A DNA stretch of 64,000 bases from Vicugna vicugna (taxonomy: Eukaryota), in assembly GCA_013265495.1 (NCBI GenBank), contig MU057403.1, positions 349,965 to 413,964 of the forward strand. Reading direction: 5' to 3'. A program made the translations under genes and the position numbers. The notes below the pieces were generated by a model. That model saw only the letters and a program-made list of their open reading frames with translations. It had not been told where the DNA came from and did not search any database. This document shows positions 1-12,900 of this stretch, piece by piece; position 1 is the first letter of the stretch, and every line of letters starts with the position of its first letter.

Positions 1-8
1 TGCATTGC

Positions 9-325
9 TGGGAGTAGGGTATAGCTCAGTGGTAGAGTGCCTGCTTAGCATGCGCAAGGTACTGGGTTCAATCCCCAGTACCTCCATTAAAACATTAATG
101 AATAAATAATAGCTTAAGTGGTAGAATGCATGCTTAGTGTGCACAAGGTCCTAGGTTCAATCTCTTGTACTTCCATTTAAATAAATAAATAAATATATAA
201 ACAAACAAACAAATAAATAAATAAAACTATTTATCCCCCCCAAACCAAAATCAACACAAACATAAATGAATAAATTAATAAACCTAATTACCTCCCCCAC
301 AAAAGAAAAAATTATTTAAAAAGAC
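9..325 (+). mobile_element. Two nested tRNA-derived SINEs (camelid Vic-1-like)
   Basis: Head GGGTATAGCTCAGTGGTAGAG...GGTTCAATCCCCAGTACCTCC (Pol III A/B boxes) at ~9-85, a second 5'-clipped head at ~110-175, then two A-rich tails ending in C-runs. Outer TSD is tgcattgctg (1-10) / tgcatttctg (326-335). Confidence 0.9.
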
Positions 326-834
326 TGCATTTCTGTTTTACTTGCTTTCATTTTGCTGCTGACACTTGTTGTCTTGCAAATGAGATCAAGGCTTTATAAT
401 CCAACTCTTAACAGATTGCTCCCTGCCCTCCAGCCCCATTTTCATCTTCTCCGAGGTGCTGTTTACTCCGCGTTATTGTTGAAGCTGGCAGGCGCAGCTA
501 GTTCTGTGTCTGGAGATCCTCCAAATTCTGATCCACTGTACCAGCCAATGTGTTTAATCCTAGCATCTTCTCACCTTTCTACCCCAGTATCCCCACCACA
601 AGTCTGAGGGTGAGCATTTCTCTTTTTCATCATATAGTGTCTACAAACTTATATCTTATGCTATTTACATTTCATTTTTTGTTCTGATTTACAGCCAGCT
701 TGTAAAAGAATATTTGTATAATGAGGACGTTTAAAATACGTCCACACCACCAAATGTGTTATTGAATGCATAACTGTACTAACACAGGAGCTTACCTGGC
801 TACTTTCTAAATCATATTTTTAAGTGACATTAAA

Positions 835-1312
835 TCACGTTTAAACATTACTTTTGGGTGTGTCTATGAGAGTGCCTCTGTGTGAGGTTAGCGTTTGAGT
901 CACTGGACTCAGTAAAGCAGATTGCCCCTGCTGGTGCAAGTGACCCAATGCAGGTAAGCATCATTCAGTCCACCAGGGGCCCCAAAACAGCAAAAGGCAG
1001 GGGAAGGTTGGCATCGCCCTCCCTCTGCCTGATTGTGTAAACTGAGACGTGGGTCTTCTCCTCCCTCGGACTGGGAAATACATTGTTAGGTCTTCTGGTT
1101 CTCAGATCTTTGAACTTGGACTGACCTAAACCATCAGCTTTCTTGAGTCTTTAGCTTGCAGACAGCAGATTGTGGGACCTGTCAACCTCCCTAATCATGT
1201 GAGTCATTTCCTTATAATAAATTGATCTCTCTCTAGATATACACACACATTATCTCTCTCTCTCTCTCTATCTCCTGTTGGTTCTGTTTCTCTGGATAAC
1301 CCTGTCTAACAC
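835..1312 (+). mobile_element. MLT2-type ERVL LTR
   Basis: Motifs 'gtaaagcagattgccc', 'ttgtgggacct...aatcatgtgag', 'ttggttctgtttctctgga..aaccct..ctaacaca' match the recalled MLT2 consensus. Confidence 0.8.
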
Positions 1313-3339
1313 ATGGGATATTCAATTACTGGTAATGAGAAGGTCCTAGAGTTACGACAGTTGAAGTGACAGAGGTAATGAACATGAAAAGATCAATAAG
1401 GAAGAGGTGTTCAAGCGAAGTGAGAAGAGAAAGAATACTCTGGACGTAGCAATGAGGAGCAAAAAGGACACTTAACCCATCTGTAGGTCCAGTGGTACAA
1501 GAACTAGAGGCTGTGTTAAAATGGTGATGACTTGGAAGGGCTGGAGAAGACACAGCATCCTCTGGGTAAAGTCAGGTTTGGGGATCTGAGCGAGAATGAA
1601 CTACAGCCATTTCTCCTATAACACTTGCTCTGGCATCTGAATTTGTTTCAACACGGTTGACGTATTAGAGAACAATTTGAGCATAAGGCAAATTTTGTGT
1701 TTACTTGGATGCAACTTCATCAGTGAGAAATTCTAAGTGAAACACAGAAGCCCTCGCCAGGCTGAGTGGGGAATCTAAGGCACACAGAGAATACACAGTC
1801 CTCAAACATCTACCACCAGCCTCAGTTTACTGCATGTGTTGTGTGAGCCCTACCCACCCACAACCGGTGTTACAAATGCCCTCTGATTTCAGCTGACCCT
1901 CCTGCCACCCAACAAGCTGCAACTTCCATGAACACATGCAGGTCTTTTTCTAGGTAAAATGCCATATTTATTGTCATGTTTATGTCTTTCTTAACCATTA
2001 AACGTGTGTACAATTGTACTACTGTTTTGATTCAATTCCTACATTTTTTCTAATATGTCACTGATGGAGTTTTTGAATGTTCTGCTTCCGTGCTGTTTTC
2101 CCCATAAGCTCAGTGGCTTTTACAGGGTGATTTTTAAAAAGCCCAGTGATTTTTGTTGTGTTACCACGGAACTGACTGTGTTTAGAGATAGACTGCAGTT
2201 GAGTGGATTTTGCTGATGAATGGACCATAAGCTCCAAAGAGCATAGTGGAAGGGGTTTTAGGAGCTAAGGGAGTGCAGGAGGAGAGGACAGCATAGGAAA
2301 TCTGCAGAACTGTAGGATTATTACAATACAGGGTGTAAAGGGTGACGTGGCAGTCTGGGGCTGCTTGTGGATTAAACAAGAGACAAAGGGGAAAGTGGGA
2401 TTAATGCTGTGGCCTCAGGGTGACAGTAGCAGCCGGGCTGTGAGTGTCGAAGTTGGGAGGGGTGAAGTTCTGGGCCCCTGGTTCTTTCACCAAAGGAAGC
2501 AAAGAAGTGATAAGGTGAGGGGGTCAGGGCAGGTGGGATTTCTCTGGGTACAAGTGGCTCCCTGAGAGAATCAGTACTTGAGTTTGATTAAGTTCAAGAT
2601 GAAAATGAGATAATGCTCATTGTTATGTCTGTTTGGATAGGAGAAGGGGATTTAAAAATAGGAAAAGACCAGGCTTAAAAAATTGGGGTGGAGTGGAGGC
2701 ACTTAATGCCAGTGCAAGATGGAGAAAGTAACAAAAAGGGGAAGTTGGAGACCCACAGAAAGAAAAATGATTTCACAGCCTACCTAGTTTGCCTCGGTTT
2801 ATTTTCAGTGTCTGAGCAGGATCTGTGATGAGGACTTGGTATTATTTCTGTTGGAACTTTATGAAATAGTTTGAGAAAGGTAGATAATTTTTTGAGTAGA
2901 AAACGTTCTTATTTTATTTAAAAAATAAAATTCATGTTCTTCCAACAACGAAAAAAAAGGGAATGACATGCTGGAAGTAAAAGAAGGAAAAAAAAAACCT
3001 CATTCTCCACCAAAGAGTAGAACCCCCTCTGATATCTGTGTTTTTTCCTTTCAGTATTTTCAGTGTTTCATCTTTAACGTGAGCGGACCCCAAACTAAAA
3101 GCTTTTAGTGAAAAGCAATAGAGCGCATTCTAATTGTTTTTAAAACATTGCTTTCCAATTTTAAAAACCTGCATCTCAACATAAAAGTCATGAAGCATAG
3201 AAAAAGGATGAAAGAAAATTGCTAAGGACTCCATCCCTCAGAGTTTTATGACTTTTCTGGAAGGTTATTTTATTTACAGTTTAACGTCACAATGTCCAGT
3301 GTGTGGCGTGGTTATCACAGGACTATTTATTGGTTCTAC

Positions 3340-3510
3340 ATCAGTGTTTTTCAGACTGTGGTCAGTGGACTACCTGTATCCAGAACTCCTACGACCTTTT
3401 TGAAATGCTGATTCCTGGGTCCCACCCCAGGTCTGTTAAGATTTCCAGCGGATGGGCCCAGGAGTTAGGGTTTTACAACCTCTTCAGCTGTTTCTTAAAG
3501 TAAAGTCTGA
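3340..3510. mobile_element. MER5A-like hAT-Charlie MITE relic
   Basis: 'cagtgtttttcagactgtgg...aaatgctgattcctgggtcccaccccag' resembles recalled MER5A. Confidence 0.6.
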
Positions 3511-3904
3511 AAATATGATCGGAGGACAATATAAAGAGAAACTTAGGTGTAAATATCTGGTTATTAGCCTTTTCCAGTTAAAATGGAACCACTGGGGTTA
3601 TATTAAAAAGTGATAACATCAAAGTTTATTAAGCTATGATGCACCAGGTATTTTACATCAGAAATGTCAATTTCCCCAGGGTTTGAGTACAGATCATGTC
3701 ACACTGAAGATCTTATTTCATTCATTTGTGCCCTCACTGGCCTAACACAGTCTGGCCCCTCTCCAGCCTTCCCAGGCAGTTCTGGAAGCCTGAGTTAACT
3801 GTGCCCTCTGTGCTCCCAGAGCATTCACTTGAGGATGATGCTTTAGTAGTTCCACGATATCCTCTTATTTACTATTTATCTTGCCTGGCTGGTTTCACTG
3901 GCAC

Positions 3905-4435
3905 CTGCACATACTGGGATTCTGCAGAGAAACAGAAAAACAGGACACAGATATGCGTGTATAAAGAGATGTAAGAAATTGGCTCACGTGATTATACAGG
4001 CAGACAAGTCCCAAGCTCTGCAGGGTGAGTTAGCAAGCTGAGTGCCTGAGGGAGTCAGTGGTGTAGTTCCAGTCTGAGACCCAAGGCCTAAGAACCGGCA
4101 GAATTGATGGAGTATCTCGTCTCAAGGCTGGCAGACTTGGGACCAGGAAGAGCTGATGCTTGAGTCTGACCCAAAGGCAGAAAAGAGCTGATGTCTGAAT
4201 TCTAGTGAGGAGAAATTCTCTCTTACTCGGGGGAAGGTCAGCCTTTTTGTTCTATTCAGCCCTTCAACTGATTGGATCAGGCCCACCCACACCAGAGAGA
4301 ACAATCTGCTGTACTCAGTCTACCCGGTTAAATGTTAATCTCACCAGAAACACCCTCACAGAAACATGATGATGTTTGACTGAACATCTGGGCACCACGT
4401 GGCCCAGTCAAGTTGCCATATAATTAACCATCACA
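3905..4435 (-). mobile_element. MLT2-type ERVL LTR (reverse)
   Basis: 'gagaaacagaa...aattggctcacgtgatt...ccttcaactgattggat..ggcccacc...aagttg..cataattaaccatcaca' is the reverse complement of an MLT2 LTR. Confidence 0.8.
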
Positions 4436-4754
4436 CTGTACTCCCTTATTCAATCCAGATGGCATTCAATCTAGTATTATATAAATAAATCAAATAGTTT
4501 TTATATTATTACCTGATTACTAGAGATCACATATCATTATGTATTAAAATGCTAATTTGCACTTTTAAAATAAAACATTACACTTTTGCAAGCTAAATTT
4601 AGATAAAATAATTAAGTTTAATATGAAAGGGGAGGCACTGCAGTTGGGAATATGTTCTGGTCCTTGAATGATTTTACATTTACTTTTTAACAAAAATGCT
4701 GTCTTTGCCTATTCTTTTGTTATTTTACTTATATGGGCTTCTTGAAAATAGCAT

Positions 4755-5640
4755 ATTCATTCATTTTTGTTGACAAATACTAAGGTCTTCCTATGTGTAG
4801 TCACTATAAGCACTGGAGATGTGTCTGTGACAGGAATATCTGAAGACTGGTTTTGAAATGCATATTAAACAAATCATTTCATGGATAACTTCTAGTAACA
4901 CTTGTGATCTGAAAGAAAAATGCAGGACATGACGTATAAGGGGGCCTCTGTCTTAGAACTGAGGGTTTGTGAAGTTGCGGAAATCTCAAGCTGAGGCCAT
5001 AAAGAATGATTTAGAGTTAGCTTCATATTGGGTGGAAATAAAACTGTTTCAGCAGAGGAAACAGAATATGCAAAGCTTCTGAAGCAAGAAAGAGCTCAGA
5101 GCAGTTGGACTCAAAGAAGTCTATGGTAGGGAAAGCCAAGTGCAGAAGGCCATGCAGATCACAAAGACTTTGTTGAGGATTTGGGATGTTTTCTTAAAAC
5201 AAGTGGGAAGCCCCTAAAGGGTTTCAGGCAGCGTAGTGCTGTGATTGGTTGAGCAGTTGAGAGCATCACTCTGGATGCTCTGTGGAAACTGGCATAGGGA
5301 GGGTGGGGGCATGGCAGTGAGGAGGGTCTTTGGAGGCCACTGCAAAGGGAAGGGAGGGTGACAGCTGGATGTAGGGCACTGGTGGTGATGGGCAACAGCG
5401 GACACCTTCAAGAAATTTTGAAGACACAGAACTGACAGACTTGGATGTGGATGCAGGAGAGGGAGGGATCAAAAATTGCTGCCGACTTTCTCGGATAACT
5501 AATGGAGTGGATGGTTTCACCTTTTATTGGGAGAGGACACATTGGAGGGATGGCAGACTTGAGGGTGAAAATTTTAAGCTCACTCTGGATTTAGGATGTC
5601 AGAGGGGCTGCCAGGTGTAGTAACATCAAGTAGACAGTTT
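4755..5640 (+). mobile_element. L2 LINE relic
   Basis: 'cattcattcatt' terminus followed by purine-rich L2-like sequence (gaggaaacagaatatgcaaagc, gggaagcccctaaagggttt). Confidence 0.6.
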
Positions 5641-6319
5641 GGAGTGAGGGGGTATTGGTGCTAATGGCTTGGTTTTGACCCAATCTGGGCAAATTTTCTA
5701 GAATGAAAAAATACCGCTGGCAGACCTCCACTACTTTTCTGCCCAGTTGAGTCCCTGATGATTATGGCCTCCTACTGGATTTTGGAAGGGAGGAACTGAA
5801 GACATTGGGCAGGTGGTTCAGTAAAGGTGATGAAAGACTGAAAGCATTCTGAGTATCTCCAGCAGAAGAGTAGCAGCTCCTGCCCTTCTCCATGGATGAG
5901 ATCTTCTATTTTCAGACCTGGGAAATGATCCTGAGGCAGAAATAAAGAATCTTTCCTTATTCCTTATTCCATTCGGTAGATCAGGCTCCTTCTGTTTGTT
6001 TCCATTGGATTTATATGATGTTGAAATTATCTTCTGTACTAGATTTTTCTAGCAGTATTGGTTTTTATTTTCTTCTGTTGTTGCATAGTATATTTTAAGG
6101 GAAGTTCAGAAAGCTAGGTCAGAGGTTACCAGACAGACATCATTTCTCTCCAGTAGTCAAATTGCTTATTTTCTGCTAAACAAAATAATTTTGTGTTTAG
6201 TTGATTCTGTATAACTGTATCACCATTATCTTGTTTAGGGCATATATATTTTTCTAATTAAATGAAAGATTCTTTAAATTCTATAGTGCTTTACAATTTT
6301 CAAAAGTTTCACACACACA

Positions 6320-6765
6320 ATTTCATATAATCCCATAGTAACCCTTTTTTCTCTACCCCTTTACTTCCCTTCCCCCTACCATCTCCCCACTGGTAAACAC
6401 TGGTTTCTTCCCTAAATTTGTGAGTCTGCTTCTTTTTTGTTTTATTCACTTGCTTGTTGTATTTTTTAGGGTCTACATATAAGTGATAGCATACAGTATT
6501 TGTCTTTCTCTCTCTGACTTATCTCACTTAGCATAATGCCCTCCAAGTCCATCCACGTTGTTGCAGATGGCAACATTTTGTACTTTTTAATGACTGAGTA
6601 GTATTCCATTGTGTGTGTATGTATATATATATACATATATATATATGTATATATAACACATCATCTTTATCCATTCAGCCTCCTTAGGTTGCTTCCATAC
6701 CTTGAAAATTGTAAATAATGCTGCTATGAAAACTAGGTTGCATGTATCTTTTTGGGTTAAGGCAT
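6320..6765 (-). mobile_element. L1 3' end fragment containing a (TA)n microsatellite
   Basis: 'tctgacttatctcacttagcataatgccctccaagtccatccacgttgttgcagatggc' is the canonical reverse-strand L1 3' end; TA run at ~6620-6655. Confidence 0.85.
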
Positions 6766-7102
6766 ATTCTTTTAAGTCTAATCAGAAATATATGAAAAAT
6801 TATACTGTTTTAAATAATTTCTCCAAATTTCTAAAGACATTTAAAGACAGAAATGAAATTGATAATTAGAACTTAACAAGCTCTTCAGTTTTTATAATTT
6901 CTATTTTAATGGATCAATATTTAGCATGAATGAGATGTTCTATTTTATCCCATTGAATAATTTAGGACCCAGAATAAAAAGTATAATAATAATATAATAG
7001 ACTAGTATGCTTTCTTCAAATCAGTGAATTTGATATTGTATTTTAAAAACAAAGGTTTTGGTATTTATAGAGTAACAAAAGAATTGTATCCTTACCTAAG
7101 GA

Positions 7103-7147
7103 ATTATCATTATCACTATCATTATCATTATCAGTATTATTATCATG
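7103..7147. repeat. (CATTAT)n simple repeat
   Basis: attatcattatcactatcattatcattatcagtattattatcat. Confidence 0.85.
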
Positions 7148-7474
7148 TAGGCACTTTTTCTTTCCTATGTATTGAGAGTACTGAGTACAGCTTTCAACCT
7201 AATTTGCAGCTGGTGTCTAGTTCAGTTGGTTGGGAAATTGCAAAAGATGACACAGGCTGAAATGAATTGAATCAAGTTTCCTTAAAAACACAGCGGACAT
7301 AGCACTTTATACATTTCCCTCATTTCCCTGTACTCCTTATTTTATTAACTCTTGAGAAAAATATGTCATTATACCATGTAAAGTATCTTGGAGCATCAAC
7401 GGAATGTAAGCACTATTTTTGATGAAGTGTCAAATTAGTCTTTTAGTACACACATAATGCCATCTTTAATAATT

Positions 7475-7642
7475 TTCTTTCTTTCTCTTGTTTCTTTTTT
7501 CTTTCTTTCTCTCTCCCTCCCTTTCCCTCCCTCCCTCTCCCTCTCCTTCTCTCTCTCCCCCTCCCTCCCTCCTTCCCTCCTTTCCTTCCTTTCTCCCTCC
7601 CTTCCTTCCTTTCATTCTCTTTCTTTCATTATTTCTTTCTTT
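7475..7642. repeat. CT-rich polypyrimidine low-complexity tract
   Basis: About 165 bp composed almost entirely of C and T. Confidence 0.9.
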
Positions 7643-8714
7643 CAATTAACTGCTAGGCACAGAGTGTTTTACCTAAATATGTAAGGAGTATGCAGCTGTC
7701 TGTAGCATGATGTTGGCCTTAAAGGACTTACATATGGTCTTAAAGAACAGATACGCATGCATGTAATACAAGAGAGTGAACCAAGAGACAGATGTGCATG
7801 AAATGGGGAAGCAGCCGACCTCTGCATTATGGCATGGTTTTGGCAGGGCTGGGAGCAGGAGAACTAGCCAGATGGAAAAGGCTCTTTAAAATCACCTTAG
7901 TAACCTGGATCAAGTGATTTGCTCACAAAATTCCCAATTTGGGACTAAAGATGAGGATTTTTATGACTGAAAATTGTTATGAGCAAAATTAGAAGCCATT
8001 AAAAGCAGCATTTAGATCCAAATGACTTCACTTAACTAAGGGCCAAATGCCTTTGCGGATCACAGTTGTTAATGGGAATTGTACTCAGAGGTGAGTCTAG
8101 AGCCAGGACAGACGGGGGGCCCAGTTGTCTCCTGCATCAAGCCAATACCTCTAAGTGACCCAGCTGCTGCGCTCTGAACCTCCTAACATTTTGAGCTGTT
8201 TTCAGTAGAGAGAATTCAATCTTGGCAGTGGTTCACTCGCTGGTATTAGGGATTCAAGGTAAAAATGTTGTGTGGGCAAATAAGCTTGGGAAAACTTTGA
8301 GTCAAGCAAAGTTAATGAGGTTTCCTACTGAAGAACCTCTCTAAGATTTTTACCACACTTACATGGATGGTGAACTTACAAGGAAGTTTCCCAAGTTTAT
8401 TTGTCCAGGGAACTCTTTTCCCTAGAGCATCTTCTAAGAGTTGTGTTCTGCAAAATCTGCTTAGGGAAACATTCTATTGGACTAATCTTTAAATATAAGC
8501 TATAGCTGGGGTAACCGTATGATTTGTTATCTAAAATGGGAGTCTTTGAGAATATACAGGGAGCTATCAGTAATTGTTTGTCTGCAGGTATAAACTGGGA
8601 CTGCCTTGAGCAAACCAGGATGTATGATCCTACTAGATAGCGCTAATAAGGGATGTTGCCATGGCAATGATTGCCTCCTAGACAGCAGCATCACAAAAGA
8701 AACAGAATGTAAAT

Positions 8715-9175
8715 AGGCTGGGTCAGTTCTGGTTCTCTGAGAAGTAGGTCCCAGGATGAGCTTAGATATGCCAGAGATTTATTGGGTGAACCCCCAGGAA
8801 AGGATGAAGGTGGAGAGAGTAGGAGAAGGAGGGAATAACTTCAGACTGTGATGCAGGTCTGATACCTGTGAAAGGAGAGACGGAAGGAAAGGAAGAGGGG
8901 AGGAAGGAAGATTGGGTAGGAAGAACCTCAGATTGTAGCACTGTTCTGGGAAAGACTTGACCTGACTGATGGGTCTTAAAACAAAATCTTCATGTTAGAG
9001 GAAACCCACATCAGGCAGAAATGAACTAGCTCTGGCACCCTCACTGCGGGGACCACACAGGGGGAGGGTTGGTCTCTGCATAGGCACCTGCTGGGTCCCC
9101 AGGGAGGCAGCCAAGGGCTTCCTTCAACACATTCTATTGAAGAGGATCTGAGAGTCTCATCTCTGTGGCCACCAC
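8715..9175 (-). mobile_element. Old ERVL LTR (LTR16/LTR33-like)
   Basis: 'gggtcagttctggttctctgagaag...gagatttattggg...gatgcaggtctgatacctgtgaaaggagag' resembles recalled reverse LTR16/33. Confidence 0.55.
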
Positions 9176-9854
9176 CTAGGTTAACTTTCAGAAAATTAAA
9201 TATTGAATTACCATTACAATTATTTCAGTCCTATCTTTTCTCTCTGGACGTTGGACCTTGGTCCTTGGCCTGGGTTCCCCCAGTCCAGTAGAGGAAGCTA
9301 TTACTTCATAATTAGGAAATCCCTTTGCTATTGAAAGTCTTCTATCCCAAGTGGGCATTCAATGGAGGGTCTTTTAGATTATCCTGGAAGATTCAATTCA
9401 GGAGGAGAAATACATTTATGAATAGGTGGGGGGATTCCATCCTGAGCTTATATAAAGTCTTGCTTCCAATGAAACGCTGTTACAATAGCTGTGCTGTGTT
9501 GCAATGGCAGCAACACTGTCATAGCTCCATATGGTTTATTGTTACACAGATGATACCTGTTCTCAGTCAATTTCAGCAGAGACAAGAAGGCAGAATTTCA
9601 GCAGCTTTGAATTCAAAGCTCAGAACCTTTCCTGGCCCTGACTTGGTTGTTGAAACATGGCCCTTGGTGATTTCAGTGAACTCTCTGTGGCACCATGTGC
9701 GAATTATCAGAGGTGATAACCTGCACACCAGAGTGCTCTGTTCTCCTCTGTGGCTTCTTTGTGGTGGAGATGGATTTTGACTCAGCAGAGCAAAATGTAA
9801 TGTTTGTCTATGAGTGTACTTCAAAACCCAAACAATCAATTGTGATTGTGTCTC

Positions 9855-9979
9855 TGCGATGGTCAATTTTTTGTGTCAATTTAGGTGGGCCATGGTACCC
9901 AGATATTTGGCCAAATGCCAGTCAAGTTGTTGCTGTGAAAATATGTTTTGATTTGATGAACATTTAAATCAGTAGACTT
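9855..9979 (+). mobile_element. MLT2 LTR, 5' part (split by the retrocopy)
   Basis: Begins TGCGATGGTCAATTTT..TGTGTCAA, continues 'cccagatatttggccaaa...aacatttaaatcagtagactt'; preceded by gtctc (9850-9854). Confidence 0.85.
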
Positions 9980-12900
9980 TTTTTTTCAATGTTAACTGTG
10001 TTTATTTTTTTTAAATCGTTGGAAACTAATAAATGCAACAAAAAGAAGCATCTTGGTGACTGAGTAGACCCACTTCATTTAAAAAATCATTGAGTTACTC
10101 TGCCCCGGGTTGGGGGTGGATGAACATATGGCAGGACCTTCCCTTCCACTGGACGCTATCAACTGGAGTGATACTTTACAAAACACGTTTTTCTGCATTT
10201 TTTTCTCGTGGAAGCTGGAGGCCAGGAAGAGCACCCTGCTTTGAAAAGAGATCGTTTGGTTCACACAGTCGACTTTGGTTTATTTCAACAGGTAAGAAAG
10301 TGGTCCCCAGTTCTCCTGAGGAGAAAGTGTGTTTTCTGAGTTTTGAACAAATCGGTTTCCTTTTCTGTTCAGGTAAAAGGTATAATTCTTTACCTCCGGG
10401 GTTCAGTTGCTCCTCCTCAGAAATAGACTCTTCGGATAAAGTGTCTCTGGATCTCGTCCCTTGGTGGCCCCAAGCCTTCCATGTGACATGTGACAGGCTG
10501 TCTGCCCGCGGGGTCAGCAGGTGGCATGTCTTTGGACGTGGGCGTCAGTCTGACCCTCTGAACTGCAAGTTCTCATAAGGCAGCTGAAAGTAACCTCTTA
10601 AAAAAATATAAAAAGGGAGCTAACTTGGGCTCTCTTAGTAAGGCTTGCAAGCTGGTAATTAAATAAGCAGAATATGACTCATAAGCAAAAAAAAAAAGTG
10701 TACTTTTAAATAAATGAAAATAACACAGAGAGACGGTTAAAACTACAACCCAAAAGATGAGCAGATTATTTAGGGTTAGTCTTGGGGACGGGGGGATGAT
10801 GACGACAGTTACGGTCCGTTTGGTTTTGCCGAGTCCACGCCCGAGGGCCCCGACGCGGGCATCTCTGAATTCCACGCGGTCCCCGCGCCCGTCTCCGGGT
10901 GTGTCAGCATCCCAGACCGAGGACGCCCGCACCCGATAATCACTCAAATGCAGAGGAACGAGCTCGCTCCGACTCCTGCTGCACAAGCCAAACTGACAGA
11001 GAGAAACGGTGGGCTGTCTTCCCCTCGTCGGTTTGACTCATCGGTCAAGGTCTTTCTTGCCCTTTAGGGAAATCTTACCCTCATCGCAGCCACTCCTTCG
11101 GTGGTTGCAAAAGGCAAAAAACAGCGCCGCCCCACGGCTCGCCCTGGGGGTTCATGTTCTCTTGCTGCTTGTCCTCTGCTTCTGTTTGCGGAGGTGGGCT
11201 TCGATCTCCTGCCGGAAGACCAGCATCCCCAGCTGCCCGTGGGACGTCTCGTTCATGGCCTTGCCTTGGACTGCATGCACATCCTGTACTGCTCGGGGGT
11301 CAGCTCCTGCACGCAGCGCTTCTCGTGCCAGAGGTGGAAGAGCCCGCGCACGGGCGCGCGCACCACCAGGAGGCTGCTGTGCAGGTACTTGCGGTACAGG
11401 TGCACGTCCTCGCCGCCCCAGCCCCTGATGTCCAGGTCGAAGCCCCCTGTGTTGATGAAGTCCAACCGGTACTGGCACGTCATCCCAAACCCGAAGTCTC
11501 TCCAGAATCTGGTTTCCTTCTTGAAGACCAGCTGCTGCTTTAAGGGAGGGACCACATCGTGGTGGTCGTATATTATCTCCGGATTGTACTGACTGTAAAG
11601 GACCGGGTAGCATACCGTCTTCCCTGGCTGCGCGTTCAGCCGGCACGTGTTGAGGAACCTGGAGGTGAAGCAGATGTCCACGTCGCAGAAGAACAGCAGC
11701 ACGTTGCTCCCCTTCCAGAAGCGGGCACCCACGTCCAGTCCCTTCCCTCGCGAGAACTCTCCGTTCAGCTAGATGAAGGTGAAGTTCCTTAAGTTGGCGG
11801 CTTTGGACGTGTTTTCAGGGATTCCTTTGACCTCGTTCATTTCTTCTTTTCCAAAGTAAACGACGGTGAGATGAATTCTCCCGTCCTGTTGAATGCACAT
11901 CGCCCTGAAGTTGTGCATGAACTGGCAGAACTTGTCCACCCTCCTGGCCAGCGGCCCGATGACGTTGACCAGCGTGCTGCCCATGTTCAGCTCCTCGTTC
12001 TTCACTTGCATGAAGGGTCCGAACGGCCGAAACAAGACCAGGCGTCTGAACTCGTGCTTGTGGTCCCCTCGGAGCGTGAACTCGTACAGAGTGCCTTTGC
12101 CCTTTTCTGTGCGGTAGATCCCTTCGATGACGTCCGCGGCCGTGTAGGGGCGCTGGTGGGGGCTGCCCTCGGCCGGGCTGTTGAGGGCCCCCACGGCCGA
12201 CTCAATGGCCTCCGCCAGCTCGTCCCGCTTGTCCCTCCGCACGGGCTTCTCCTCCGGGTGGCGGGTCAGGCCGGTCTCCAGCTGGTACACCTTCTGCAGG
12301 GTGAAGCTGTCGAAGGGCATGGCGGCGTACTCGGTGGCCTGCTCGAGGCCGGCGTGCACCTCGGCGCGGTCCACCTGCGAGCGCAGGAAGGCCAGCAGGT
12401 CGGCCTGGGCCCTCCCGGATGGGCGCCCGCCAGGCGCTGCGCGCCCCTGAGCTGCTCGCCGCGCTCCTGCAGCTCCTCCTGGAGCTTCGCGATCTGCCTC
12501 TTGAGGCTGCCGATGCAGCCGCGCTGCTGCTGCTGATGCTCCCAGCCCTGCAGGGCCGCCTCCTTCCCGGTGGGGCCGCCGGCCCGCGGCAGCCCCCCTG
12601 CTCGTCGTCGCCCTTCGGGGTGCAGGCCAGCATGTAGAGCACGGAGACCGCGCAGCAGAGGAGCGCGAGCAAGACCACTGCCCGCGAGACCCAGGCCAGC
12701 AGCCCCCGGCGAGCCATCCTCACTCCGGAGTCGGCCCTGCGGCAGCACCGGCGGCGATCATCCCAGGACGCCCGGCCGGCCACGGGCGGTCCTGGACGAG
12801 GCTACGGGCAGCACGTGGGTGGGCCCCCGGAGCCGCTCTATCCATTTCCGTCTACACCGCGTCTTGCCCCTGCGAGTCAGGCACCACCGGGCGCGGCTTC

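Noticed and set aside
9..90. tRNA gene calls here and at ~19000, 30450, 52000 and 55240
   Set aside because: A-rich tails, TSDs and degenerate stems identify them as tRNA-derived SINEs.
7457..7684. Leu/Ser/Pro-rich ORF
   Set aside because: Translation of a CT low-complexity tract.
9325..9780. 151-aa plus-strand ORF
   Set aside because: Starts at TTG, has no recognisable domain, and its length is compatible with chance.
11152..12717. Functional CSGALNACT1 gene or intact retrogene
   Set aside because: In-frame TAG at 11769-11771 and at least three frameshifts, including a non-homopolymer 5-bp duplication that is unlikely to be a sequencing error.
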